64,000 nt of DNA from Anaeromyxobacter sp. (GCA_049840735.1 JASGJN010000020.1:608001-672000), one strand, 5' to 3'; shown: positions 10,076-19,717, counted from the first letter of the stretch. The notes: a model not told the origin generated them from the sequence alone. Numbers and translations: made by a program.

Positions 10076-10194
10076 TACCTGCGACGCCGCGCCCCCTGGA
10101 CGGAACCCCAGCCGCCGCTCCTGGGGCCTGACGCCCGAGGCCCGAGGCCCACCCTGGTGGCCAGCCGCCGGCAGGCGGCGTATGACGTGGGGCC

Positions 10195-10806
10195 ATGGCT
10201 CCCCCCCGTGCGCTGGTGCTCGATCTCGGCGAGGTGCTGGTCCTCGCGCAGGCCCCGGAGGCCATGCCCGCCATGGCCCGCACCGCCGGCGTGGCGCTGG
10301 AGGCGCTGCACGCGGCCTACTGGGGGGAGCGGTTCCCCTACGACCTGCACGGCGATGGCCCGCGCTTCTGGCGCGAGGTGCTGGCCCGCTGCGGCGCGCC
10401 GGCGCCCACGGGTGAGCAGCTGGCCTCGCTGATGGAGCAGGACGGCCGCTCCTGGACCCGCTACCACGAGCCGGTCTGGGACCTGGCGCTGGCCTTCCGC
10501 GCCGCCGGCGGGCGCACGGCCATGCTCTCCAACGGCGTGCCCGAGGTGATGCGCTTCGTGCGCCAGGACCGCCCGCTGGAGCGCTGGTTCGACACGGTGG
10601 TGGTCTCGTGCGAGGTCGGGGTGGCGAAGCCGGACCCTGCCATCTACGCCCTCACCGTGGAGCGGCTGGGCGTGGCGCCCGGCGAGGCGCTCTTCGTGGA
10701 CGACCGGGCGGTGAACGTCGAAGGGGCCCGCGCCGCCGGGCTGCGGGCGCTCCACTACGCCGGCCCCGGCGCGCTGGCTGCGCTGCGGCGCGCGATCGAG
10801 GGCTGA
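10195..10806 (+). CDS. HAD family phosphatase (YihX-like)
   Basis: LVLDLGEV, LSN, KPDPAIY, FVDDR..NVEGA motifs. Confidence 0.9.
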   Translation: MAPPRALVLDLGEVLVLAQAPEAMPAMARTAGVALEALHAAYWGERFPYDLHGDGPRFWREVLARCGAPAPTGEQLASLMEQDGRSWTRYHEPVWDLALAFRAAGGRTAMLSNGVPEVMRFVRQDRPLERWFDTVVVSCEVGVAKPDPAIYALTVERLGVAPGEALFVDDRAVNVEGARAAGLRALHYAGPGALAALRRAIEG

Positions 10807-10827
10807 CCGGGCAGGCGGCGCCCCGGA

Positions 10828-10889
10828 CGTCCTTCGACTCCGCGCCCGCTGCGCGGGCGCTACGCCCGCGCTACGCCCAGGATGAGCGG
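10828..10889 (+). repeat. REP-like structured element (degenerate, small internal duplication)
   Basis: cgtcct-TCGACTCC-gcgcccgc tgc gcgggcgc-TACGCCC...aggatgagcgg. Confidence 0.75.
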
Positions 10890-11054
10890 ACCCGCGAGGG
10901 AAGCAGGCCGGCGCCCGCAACCCCTGCGGCAGGACGCCGCGCGCGCTCACCCCTGGCACCATGCCCCACGGGACCGGGCGCGCTGGCGTGCTAGAGAGTT
11001 CGCCCCCGGCTACCACGAAACGGGCGCCGGTGGGCCCCTTCCCAGGAGACCGAC

Positions 11055-12758
11055 GTGTCGCAGATCGCCTCGCTCATCACCTCGACCGAGAAGCACCGCT
11101 CCATCTTCGAGGAGTGCATCCGCAAGCTGGACGTCCCCGTCTGCGCCGCGTTCAAGGCCGGCGGCGCGCTCGCTCCGGTCAGCTTCGCCGCCAGCGCCGA
11201 CGCGCTCGCCACGCGCGACGCCGCCACGGTCAAGGCCCAGTTCACGAAGGTCACCGCCGCGTCGGGCGACCGCGTGCTGGTCGCCACCGGCAAGAACCCC
11301 ACCCCGCTCTCCGGCAAGCGCGTGGCGGTCCTCTTCTCCGGCGGCCCGGCCGCCGGCGGCCACAACGTCATCGCCGGCCTGAAGGCCGCGCTGGGCAAGC
11401 ACAACACGCTGCTCGGCGTCCGCGCCGGCCCCAAGGGGCTCATCGAGGGCAAGCTCTTCGAGATCACCGACGAGGGGGTGGCCTCGGTCCTCAACACCGG
11501 CGGCTTCGACTTCCTCGGCTCCGACCGCACCAAGATCAAGAAGCCCGAGCAGTTCGCGGCCGTGAAGAAGACCTGCGTCGACCACGACCTCGACGCCATC
11601 GTGGTGGTGGGCGGCGACGACTCCAACACCAACGCGGCCGTGCTGGCCGAGCTGCTCTTCGACGGCGTGAAGCCGGACGGGCGCGGCGTGGCGGTGATCG
11701 GCGTCCCCAAGACCATCGACGGCGACCTGCAGATCGGCGACCTGCTGCCCATCTCCTTCGGCTTCGACACCGCCACCCGCGTGTACGCCGAGATGACGGG
11801 CAACATCCTCCAGGACACGCCCTCCTCCCGGAAGTACTGGCACTTCGTGAAGCTGATGGGGCGCGCCGCCTCGCACGTCGCCCTCGAGGTGGCGCTGCAG
11901 GTGAAGCCGGCCATCGCGCTCATCTCGGAGGAGATCGCCGAGAAGAAGATGCCGCTCGCGAAGATCATCGACGGCATCGCCCAGGTGGTGGTGGCCCGCT
12001 CGAGGAAGGGCATCCACCACGGCGTGGTGCTGGTGCCGGAGGGGCTGATCGAGTTCATCCCCGAGATGAACGCCCTCATCGACGCGCTCAACCACGAGAT
12101 GGCGGCCCACGCGGCCGAGCTCGGCGGCATGACCCAGGCCGACCGCGTCCCCTTCGTGGCCGCGAAGCTCTCCGGTGAGCTGTCGACGCTGTTCAAGTCG
12201 CTGCCGGCCTACCTGCAGAACATGCTGGTGGCCGACCGCGACTCGCACGGCAACCTGCAGGTCTCGCTCATCCCCACCGAGCGGCTCCTCAAGGACATGG
12301 TGGCGCAGCGCGTGAAGGAGCTCGACCCGGAGGTCAAGTTCTCCACGCACAACCACTTCTTCGGCTACGAGGGGCGCTGCGGCGCGCCGACGCTGTTCGA
12401 CGCGGCCTACACCTTCAACCTCGGCCTCACCGCCGGCTCGCTCATCCTCTCCGGCAAGACCGGCTTCATGGCCTCGATCCGCGACCTGGAGAAGGGCGGC
12501 ACGCCGGTGGCCATCCCGCTCTGCGGGCTGCTCAACGTCGAGCGGCGCCACGGCAAGGACGAGCTGGTCATCGAGAAGGCGCTGGTGAAGTGCGACTCGC
12601 CGGCGTTCAGGTACTTCGCCTCCCGCCGCGAGGCCTGGGCGGCCGAGGACGTGTTCTGCTCGCCCGGCCCGCGCCAGCTGTGGGGCCCGGCCGCCCAGCA
12701 GATCCCGATGACGGTCGCGCTCAACCGCGACTACGACAGCCTGAGCTTCAAGTTCTAG
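11055..12758 (+). CDS. pfp: Pyrophosphate-dependent phosphofructokinase (long type)
   Basis: SGGPAAGGHNV, GGDDSNTNA (PPi-type Asp), PKTIDGD, MGR, FGYEGRC; 567 aa. Confidence 0.9.
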   Translation: MSQIASLITSTEKHRSIFEECIRKLDVPVCAAFKAGGALAPVSFAASADALATRDAATVKAQFTKVTAASGDRVLVATGKNPTPLSGKRVAVLFSGGPAAGGHNVIAGLKAALGKHNTLLGVRAGPKGLIEGKLFEITDEGVASVLNTGGFDFLGSDRTKIKKPEQFAAVKKTCVDHDLDAIVVVGGDDSNTNAAVLAELLFDGVKPDGRGVAVIGVPKTIDGDLQIGDLLPISFGFDTATRVYAEMTGNILQDTPSSRKYWHFVKLMGRAASHVALEVALQVKPAIALISEEIAEKKMPLAKIIDGIAQVVVARSRKGIHHGVVLVPEGLIEFIPEMNALIDALNHEMAAHAAELGGMTQADRVPFVAAKLSGELSTLFKSLPAYLQNMLVADRDSHGNLQVSLIPTERLLKDMVAQRVKELDPEVKFSTHNHFFGYEGRCGAPTLFDAAYTFNLGLTAGSLILSGKTGFMASIRDLEKGGTPVAIPLCGLLNVERRHGKDELVIEKALVKCDSPAFRYFASRREAWAAEDVFCSPGPRQLWGPAAQQIPMTVALNRDYDSLSFKF

Positions 12759-12817
12759 GAGTTCCGCCTGCCGCTGGACGGCCCCGGTGCGCACCCGCGC
12801 CCGGGGCCGTTCCCGCT

Positions 12818-13817
12818 TCAGCGTTCGCTGTCGAGCCGGGCCATCTGCCCCGGGTCGTAGCGCGTGCCCGCTACGGCGCTGGCCGGCACCGCCTGCTCCA
12901 GGCGCGCCAGCTCCTCCGCCGAGAGCGTCACCTGCAGGGCCCCGAGCGCGTCCGCCAGCTGGGCGCGGGTGCGCGCGCCGATCACCGGCACCACCGCCTC
13001 GCCGCCGCGCTGGCGCACCCAGGCGATGGCCAGCTGCACCGGCGTGACTCCCTTCTCCGCCGCCACCGCCGCCAGGGCCGCCGCCAGGGCGGCGTTCCGC
13101 TCCCCGTTGTCGCCGGCGAAGCGCGGGAGGTGGGCGCGGAAGTCGCGGGCGCCCTTCGGCCGCGAGCCGGCCAGCAGCCCGCGGGAGAGGACGCCGTAGG
13201 CCGTGACCGCGAGCCCCAGCTCGCGCACCGTGGGCAGGATGCGCGCCTCCGGCCCCCGGCTCACCAGGGAGTACTCGATCTGCAGGTCGGAGAGCGGGTG
13301 GACGGCGGCCGCCCGGCGGAGGGTCTCCGGCCCCACCTCGGAGAGCCCGATGGCGCGCACGTAGCCGGCCTTCACCAGGTCGGCGATGGCGCCGATGGTG
13401 TCCTCGATGGGCACCGAGGGATTCGAGCCGGGACGGGCGGTAGACGTCGACGTGGTCGGTGCCGAGCCGGACCAGCGAGTAGGCCAGGAAGCTCTTCACC
13501 GCCGCGGGGCGGCTGTCGAAGCCCGTCCAGCTGCCGTCCGGCCCGCGCAGCGCCCCGAACTTCACTGAGAGCAAGGCCCTGTCGCGCCGGCCCGCCAGCG
13601 CCTTGCCGATGAGCAGCTCGTTGTGGCCCGAGCCGTAGAAGTCGCCGGTGTCGAGCAGGTTCACCCCCGCGTCCAGCGCGGCGTGGATGGTGGCGATCGA
13701 CTCCGCCTCGTCGGCGGGGCCGTACATGCCGGACATCCCCATGCAGCCGAGGGCCAGCGGAAACGTGCGGAGCCCGGAGGCCCCGAGCGAGCGGTGCGGC
13801 ATGGTGGTGGTGGTCAT
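12818..13817 (-). CDS. Aldo/keto reductase, frameshift at ~13422 (likely error)
   Basis: [22 protein letters not shown], then [21 protein letters not shown] in a second frame. Confidence 0.88.
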
Positions 13818-13891
13818 GGCGCAGGGGTAAGCGGCCGGGTACACATCCGCAAGGAGGCACCTCGAGGTGCCTCGGTCACCTCGAGGTCACC

Positions 13892-14320
13892 ATGTCGAAG
13901 CTCCCACGCCGCTCGGAGGAGCAGGCCCAGGCCGATCGCCTCGTCCGCGAGGTCCTCGCCCGCGTGGCCGATGCCTGGACGCTCGAGGTCCTCGAGGCGC
14001 TCACCGGCGGAGCGCCGGTCCGGTTCACCCGGCTCCGCGAGCGCCTGGGCGGCGTCAGCCAGAAGGTGCTGACCCAGACCCTGCGCCGGCTGGAGCGCGA
14101 CGGCCTCGTCACCCGGACGGTGCACGCGACCGTGCCACCACAGGTGGAGTACCAGCTCACCGGGCTGGGCGACTCGCTGGGCGAGGCGGTCTGCGGGATC
14201 TGGACCTGGGTCGAGGCGCATGCCCCCGAGGTGGGGCAGGCCCGCCGGACCTTCGACGAGCGCGCCGAGGCGGCCGTGGCCGGGGTGCCGCACCGGCAGC
14301 CGGTGCGAACCTCAACGTGA
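13892..14320 (+). CDS. HxlR family winged-helix transcriptional regulator
   Basis: RF..L...L.GVSQKVLTQTLRRLERDGLV.R....VPPQVEY.LT; divergent from the AKR gene. Confidence 0.9.
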   Translation: MSKLPRRSEEQAQADRLVREVLARVADAWTLEVLEALTGGAPVRFTRLRERLGGVSQKVLTQTLRRLERDGLVTRTVHATVPPQVEYQLTGLGDSLGEAVCGIWTWVEAHAPEVGQARRTFDERAEAAVAGVPHRQPVRTST

Positions 14321-14393
14321 GGCATCAGCGGCCTCGGGCTGTCCGCCAGAGGCCTCCTGTGTGTTCCGGAGAACTGCCGAAGGCAGCTCCGCG

Positions 14394-14825
14394 TCAGCCC
14401 TCGCCCGGCTCCCCCGGGAACCGCTGCTTGAGGTCCGAAAGCCACCGGTTCACGACCGGGCTGGCGCTCCGCCCGAGGGCCCGGACAGCCTCGCCCGGGA
14501 GCCGCGCCTCGACCGCCTCCAGCGACTCCGGGGCGTAGAAGGGCACCGCCACCCACACCCGGTCGAACACGTGGACGTCGAACGGCCCGTCACCGAGCAG
14601 CCGCCGGGCCTCGGGCAGGTGCTCGAACGCGGACTTGAACAGGGCCAGGAACAGGAGCTTGGCGCGCTCCAGGTGGTCGGCCCGGGACCAGGGTGAGCGA
14701 TCCGCGATCTGGCCGTCCAGCAGCGCGGCTTCGCCGAGGGCAGCGGCCAGGTCGGGATCGGCGCCGTCGAGCGCCTCCAGCCCCGCCGCGTTCAGCGAGA
14801 TCACGTAACAGACCTTGTAGAACAT
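14394..14825 (-). CDS. Hypothetical protein
   Basis: Compact ORF with natural amino-acid composition filling the gap; no motif recognised. Confidence 0.55.
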   Translation of the reverse strand: MFYKVCYVISLNAAGLEALDGADPDLAAALGEAALLDGQIADRSPWSRADHLERAKLLFLALFKSAFEHLPEARRLLGDGPFDVHVFDRVWVAVPFYAPESLEAVEARLPGEAVRALGRSASPVVNRWLSDLKQRFPGEPGEG

Positions 14826-14866
14826 GTCGTATCCGCCGGCCTCCACGGGCCACACGGCCCAACGGC

Positions 14867-14976
14867 GCCCTTCGACTCCGCCGCGGCGAAGCCGCGGCTA
14901 CGCTCAGGGCGAACGGTCATCCCGCCCCGTTCGCCCTGAGCGTAGCGCCCGCACAGCGGGCGCGAAGTCGAAGGGC
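14867..14976. repeat. Inverted pair of REP-like elements (REPIN-like)
   Basis: Copy 14867-14916 (+) and copy 14927-14976 (-), different inner hairpins, 10-bp spacer. Confidence 0.9.
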
Positions 14977-14986
14977 AGGCGCAACC

Positions 14987-15487
14987 TCAGGCCACCGCCA
15001 CGAACTTCGCGCCGGCCACGCCGCAGACCGGGCACTTCTCCGGCGGAACGCCGAACTCGAGGTGGCCGCAGGTCGGGCAGAGGTAGACCTCCATCTTCGA
15101 GAGGTCCTGCCCGCCCTCCAGCGCCGCGAGCGCCTGCTTGAACAGCTCGGCGTGCACCTGCTCGACCCGGTTGGCCCAGTCGAGCATGGTCTTCGCCTTG
15201 TGCCCCTCGGCCTGCGCCTGGGCCACCATGGGCGGGTACATCTCGGTGAACTCGTAGGTCTCGCCCTGAACCGCCGCGCGCAGGTTCTCCAGCGTGGTGC
15301 CCACGCCGCCCATGTTGTTCAGATGCCCCAGCGCGTGGATGGTCTCGGCCTCGGCCGCCGCCCGGAAGAGCTTGGCGATGGTGGCGAAGCCCTCCTTCTC
15401 CGCTTTCTTCGCGAAGGCGAGGTACTTGCGGTTGGCCTGGCTCTCGCCGGCGAAGGCTTCCTTCAGGTTCTCTTGCGTGGTGGCCAC
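14987..15487 (-). CDS. rbr: Rubrerythrin
   Basis: NLKEAFAGESQANRKY, AETIHA, GETYE, VEQVH, C-terminal CPTC...CPVC rubredoxin-like site; GTG start after GGAG. Confidence 0.92.
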   Translation of the reverse strand: MATTQENLKEAFAGESQANRKYLAFAKKAEKEGFATIAKLFRAAAEAETIHALGHLNNMGGVGTTLENLRAAVQGETYEFTEMYPPMVAQAQAEGHKAKTMLDWANRVEQVHAELFKQALAALEGGQDLSKMEVYLCPTCGHLEFGVPPEKCPVCGVAGAKFVAVA

Positions 15488-15554
15488 GGGGACTCCGGGA
15501 TCGGGGTGAGCCTCCACGCTTACGCTGCCCCTGCCGGCCCGCCCTTGATCCTGG

Positions 15555-16145
15555 TCAACCTTCACCCCCGCCAGCCTGGCCGGCTCGCGCGAAGCGGCGG
15601 TCGGGGACCAGCCACCAGGCCGCCACCGCCACGACGAGGCCGACCGCCAGCCAGCGCCAGGCGAAGGCCAGCGGGATGGCGACGGCGTAGACCGCCACCG
15701 ACAGCTTGCCTTTGGCGTCATTTCCCAGCCCCGCCGCCAGCCGCGAACCGGGCCCGTGCAGCGCCAGCAGGGAGCGGGTCAGGCCGAAGTAGGCCACGCC
15801 GGAGAGGAGCTGCACCGCCGCGTAGAGGGCCACGGTGTCCGGCGCGGCCGCGTGCTCGCCCATCCAGGCGGTCACGAAGGGCATGAGCGAGAGCCAGAAC
15901 AGCAGGTGGACGTTGGCCCAGAGGACCCGGCCGTCCACCCGCTCCACCGCGTGCATCAGGTGGTGGTGGTTGTTCCAGTAGATGGCCAGGAAGACGAAGG
16001 AGAGCAGGTACGAGAGCAGCTTGGGGAGGAGCGGCGCCAGGTCGGCCAGCCGCGTCCCCTCCGGCGGGTGCAGCTCCAGGACCATGATGGTGATGAGGAT
16101 GGCGATCACGCCGTCGCTGAAGGCCTCGAGCCGTCCACGGGTCAT
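15555..16145 (-). CDS. TMEM175 family (DUF1211) potassium channel protein
   Basis: RLEAFSDGVIAILITIMVLEL, YWNNHHH. Confidence 0.92.
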   Translation of the reverse strand: MTRGRLEAFSDGVIAILITIMVLELHPPEGTRLADLAPLLPKLLSYLLSFVFLAIYWNNHHHLMHAVERVDGRVLWANVHLLFWLSLMPFVTAWMGEHAAAPDTVALYAAVQLLSGVAYFGLTRSLLALHGPGSRLAAGLGNDAKGKLSVAVYAVAIPLAFAWRWLAVGLVVAVAAWWLVPDRRFARAGQAGGGEG

Positions 16146-16297
16146 GGGGCAGGAACCTAACCGGCCTCCCCGGGGGGCCGCCAGCCGGGCGCAGGCCGCC
16201 GCGCCCGCTCCCGGCCCGTCCGGCTGGCGTCGGTGCGGGGGTTCCGTTATAACGGAGGAGCCGCCGGACCGACCGGGGGCCGGAGGCGCCAGGGCGC

Positions 16298-17068
16298 ATG
16301 TGCCAGCTGCTCGGGATGAGCTGCAACGTCCCCACCGACATCTGCTTCTCCTTCGAGGGCTTCTCGCGCCGCGGCGGCGGCACCGACGTGCACGCCGACG
16401 GCTGGGGCATCGCCTTCTTCGAGGGGAAGGCCTGCCGCGTCTTCCTCGACCCGGCGCCGGCCCAGGGCTCGGCGGTGGCGGAGCTGGTGCGCCGCGTCCC
16501 CATCCGCTCCACCAGCGTCATCGCCCACATCCGCAAGGCCACCCAGGGCTCCGTGGCGCTGGAGAACTGCCACCCCTTCCAGCGCGAGCTGTGGGGCCGC
16601 CACTGGGCCTTCGCCCACAACGGAAACCTCGAGGGGTTCGAGCGCCCCACCCCGCGCAGCTACTGGCCGGTCGGCTCCACCGACAGCGAGGCCGCCTTCT
16701 GCGTGCTGCTGGAGGCCTTGCGCGAGCGGTTCCCGGGCGGCCGCCCGCCGCTCGCAGACCTCCGGGCGGCGCTGGCCGAGGAGACGGCGCGGCTGGCCCG
16801 CCACGGCCCCTTCAACTACCTGCTCTCCGACGGCGAGCATCTCTTCGCCCACGCCACCACGCGGCTCCACTACCTCGTCCGCCAGGCGCCGTTCGCCGCG
16901 GCCCACCTCGTCGACTGCGACCTTTCGGTGGACTTCGCCGAGCTGACCACGGCGCAGGACCGGGTGGCGGTGATCGCCACCGTCCCGCTCACCGACAACG
17001 AGGACTGGATCCCGCTGCCGCTGGGCGAGGTGGTGGCGTTCCGAGACGGCGCGCTGGTGCGGGCCTAG
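16298..17068 (+). CDS. Class II glutamine amidotransferase (YafJ-like)
   Basis: N-terminal MCQLLGM, HADGWG, AHIRKAT, NCHPF, HNG, TDSE. Confidence 0.92.
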   Translation: MCQLLGMSCNVPTDICFSFEGFSRRGGGTDVHADGWGIAFFEGKACRVFLDPAPAQGSAVAELVRRVPIRSTSVIAHIRKATQGSVALENCHPFQRELWGRHWAFAHNGNLEGFERPTPRSYWPVGSTDSEAAFCVLLEALRERFPGGRPPLADLRAALAEETARLARHGPFNYLLSDGEHLFAHATTRLHYLVRQAPFAAAHLVDCDLSVDFAELTTAQDRVAVIATVPLTDNEDWIPLPLGEVVAFRDGALVRA

Positions 17069-18645
17069 CGGTCCCGACCGCCGCCGCGTCCGTGGGGCGG
17101 GCCGCGGTGGCCGCCGTGGCCTCCCCCGTGACCTCCGCGGCCCGGGCCGCCGTGGCCACCCTGCCCCGGGCCGCGCTGCGGCTGCTGCACGGGGCCGCGC
17201 TGCGCGTGGCCTGCGGACGGCTGCGGCTGCGAAGGGCCGCCCGGCAGCGGCGGCCGGACCACCCGGATCACCTCCGGCCCGGACGACGGCCTGCGATCCG
17301 GGCCGCCGCGCCGATCCGGGCGGCGGTCGTCGCGGCGCGGGCCGCGCTGGTCGTTGCGCTGCTCCGGACCGCGGCGGTCGCCGCCCGTCCGCGGTTCGAC
17401 AGGCTCACCGCGACCGGAGGGCATCGGCCCACGGCGCTCGTGGCGCCGTTCGTCCTTCGACTCCGCGGCCCGGCCTCCGGGGCCACCGGGACCACCCGGG
17501 CCGCTACGCTCAGGACGAACGGAGGGGACGTGCTCGTGCCGCCGCTGCGGGGCGGTCGGCTGCCCGCCTTGCTCCCGAGGGCCGCCGGGCTGGCCGCCAC
17601 CGCCGTGGCCGGAGCCTCCCGGCCCGCCCTCCGATGCGCGCTCCGGCCGCGAACCGCGCTGCTCCCCGGGCCCGCGCTCGAGCCGCTGCTCCGGCCGGCC
17701 ACTGCGCTGCTGCTCCCCGGGCCCGCGCTCGGACCGCTGCTCCGGCCGGCCACTGCGCTGCTGCTCCCCGGGCCCGCGCTCGAACCGCCGCTCCGGCCGG
17801 CCACCGCGCTGCTGGTCCCCTGGCCCGCGCCGCTCACCGCGCTGGCCCTGCCCGCCCGGCTGGCCGTGCGGGCGTCCCTCGCCTCCGCGATGGTGCACCG
17901 GCTCGGGCCGACCGCTGGGGACGAAGCCGGGCGAGAGCTCGCGCCGGACGTAGGCGCGCCAGATCTCGCGCGCGTCGCCCGAGGCGGCGTCGAGCCCCGG
18001 GTCGATGCCGGCGAAGAAGCGGCGGATGTTCTCCAGGTCGCGGGTGAAGTACTTCTCCGCCTGGCTGTTGTGGGCCGCCCCCACCACCTGCGGAAAGTCG
18101 ATGATCACCGGCCCCGCGTGGCCGACCAGCACGTTGTAGGGCGAGAGGTCGCCGTGGATCAGGTCGCGGCAGAGCATGGCCACCACCTGCGCCCGCAGGT
18201 CCGCGTAGAGCGCGGCCGCCTGCTCCGGCCCCACGCCCGCGTCCACCAGGCGCGGCGCCGGGTGTCCGTCGGCGTCCACCACCACCTCCATCAGCAGCAC
18301 GCCCTCGTAGAACATCACCGGGCGCGGCACCCGCACGCCGGCGGCGTGGAGCTGGTGGAGGGCGTCGGACTCCTTGGTCTTCCAGGCGTCCTCGGCCGCG
18401 GCCTGGCCGAAGCGGCTGCCGCGGTCCATGGCGCGCTGCATGCGCGAGTCCCGCACCTGCCGGCCCTCGCGGTAGCCGGCGTTGTTCTTGAAGTTGCGGG
18501 CCTCGCGGGCCTTGTAGACCTTGGCGGCGACGATCTCGCCGGCGTGGCGGACCAGCCACAGGTCCGCCTCCTTGCCGCTCTTCAGGCGTGCGACGACCTC
18601 CTCGACGACGCCGTCGTCGAGGAGGGGAGCCAGGGGGTCGTTCAT
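17065..18645 (-). CDS. RIO1-like Ser/Thr kinase with long R/G/P/Q/E low-complexity tail
   Basis: LKSGKEA, AAKVYK, IHGDLSPYNVL, IIDFPQ; roughly 285-aa disordered tail. Confidence 0.88.
   Translation of the reverse strand: MNDPLAPLLDDGVVEEVVARLKSGKEADLWLVRHAGEIVAAKVYKAREARNFKNNAGYREGRQVRDSRMQRAMDRGSRFGQAAAEDAWKTKESDALHQLHAAGVRVPRPVMFYEGVLLMEVVVDADGHPAPRLVDAGVGPEQAAALYADLRAQVVAMLCRDLIHGDLSPYNVLVGHAGPVIIDFPQVVGAAHNSQAEKYFTRDLENIRRFFAGIDPGLDAASGDAREIWRAYVRRELSPGFVPSGRPEPVHHRGGEGRPHGQPGGQGQRGERRGPGDQQRGGRPERRFERGPGEQQRSGRPEQRSERGPGEQQRSGRPEQRLERGPGEQRGSRPERASEGGPGGSGHGGGGQPGGPREQGGQPTAPQRRHEHVPSVRPERSGPGGPGGPGGRAAESKDERRHERRGPMPSGRGEPVEPRTGGDRRGPEQRNDQRGPRRDDRRPDRRGGPDRRPSSGPEVIRVVRPPLPGGPSQPQPSAGHAQRGPVQQPQRGPGQGGHGGPGRGGHGGGHGGHRGPPHGRGGGRDR
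17385..17522 (+). repeat. Two REP-like elements inside the RIO kinase coding sequence
   Basis: 17385-17417 short form; 17446-17522 full form with 11-bp outer stem ccgttcgtcct/aggacgaacgg. Confidence 0.8.
17640..17835 (-). repeat. Coding tandem repeat, ~51-bp unit, about 4 copies
   Basis: Peptide ERGPGEQQRSGRPEQR(S/L) repeated. Confidence 0.8.
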
Positions 18646-18663
18646 GCTCGACACGCCCTGCGA

Positions 18664-19491
18664 CTAGCTGCGGGGCGCGCCGCCCGGAGGGCCGCCCGCG
18701 CCGCCGGGGCCACGGCCGCCGCCCGGACGGCCACCGCCCGGGCGACCACCCGGACGCCCGCCGCCGGGACCACGCCCGCCGCCCGGCCGCCCGCGCCCCT
18801 CCTTGCGACGGTCCTCGCGGACCGCGTCCATGGAGAACCCGCCGGTCTGGGCGCCGCCCTTCTCGCCGCCGCCGGCGCCACGCCCACCGCCGCCGCCCGG
18901 ACGCCCACCACCGCCCCGGCCGCCGCGGCCACCCTTCCCGCCGCGCCCACGGTCGTCGCGGTCGCCACCGGCGACCTGCTTCATCGAGTGCGGCAGGTAG
19001 TCGATCACGAACTGGTGCTCGCCGACCTTCTGCGCGCCGTTGAGCGGCTCCTCGACCCCGAACACGCGCACCAGGCGGACGTCTGCGGTCTTGCGGCCCA
19101 CCAGGCCGACCGCGGCCCGGAGCAGCTGGAGCCGGTCGCCGGAGAGCCCGGTGGCCTTGGCCACGGCCTCGTCCAGCGCGGCCTTGACCGCCTCGCTCTC
19201 GCCGGCCGGCTCGGCCTTGGCGGGAGCGGCGGCCTCGGCCGCCTCGGCGGGAGCGGCCTCTGCAGGAGCGGCCTCGCTCCCCTCCGCGGCGGCAGCGGCG
19301 TCGGTCCCCTCGGCGGCGGGAGCCGCCTCGACCGGCGCGGCCTCCGCGGCGGCGGCCTCGCCCTCGGGAGCGGCGGGCGCGGCGGCCTCGGCCGGCGCGG
19401 GCGCGTCCTTCGGGAGGGACTTCTTGGCCTCGGCGACGGCGGCGGCCGCCATCCGGATCAGGGTACCGCTCAGCTCGGTCAGAGTTTTCAT
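18664..19491 (-). CDS. Hypothetical protein with Ala/Glu/Pro linker and RGG/GGRP-rich tail
   Basis: MKTLTELSGTLIR...; EAAPA repeats; GGRGGRGGGGRPGG tail. Confidence 0.7.
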   Translation of the reverse strand: MKTLTELSGTLIRMAAAAVAEAKKSLPKDAPAPAEAAAPAAPEGEAAAAEAAPVEAAPAAEGTDAAAAAEGSEAAPAEAAPAEAAEAAAPAKAEPAGESEAVKAALDEAVAKATGLSGDRLQLLRAAVGLVGRKTADVRLVRVFGVEEPLNGAQKVGEHQFVIDYLPHSMKQVAGGDRDDRGRGGKGGRGGRGGGGRPGGGGGRGAGGGEKGGAQTGGFSMDAVREDRRKEGRGRPGGGRGPGGGRPGGRPGGGRPGGGRGPGGAGGPPGGAPRS

Positions 19492-19717
19492 GGCGCGGTA
19501 GCCATACAACGGCCGGGGCAGCCCGGGGAAGAGCGTCGCAGCCCCACTCGAACCGGCGCGGCCGAGGCGGCGGGCGGCCCCACGGACCCGGGGCGGCTGG
19601 GCCGGGGCGGCGCGGCAGGATGTCCAGGCATCCGTTCTGACGGATGGGTTGTATTCCGGCGCCGGGGCGGCTACGAAAGACGACCCGCGCCACGCGCGCC
19701 AGCCCCGGGAGCCCCCG

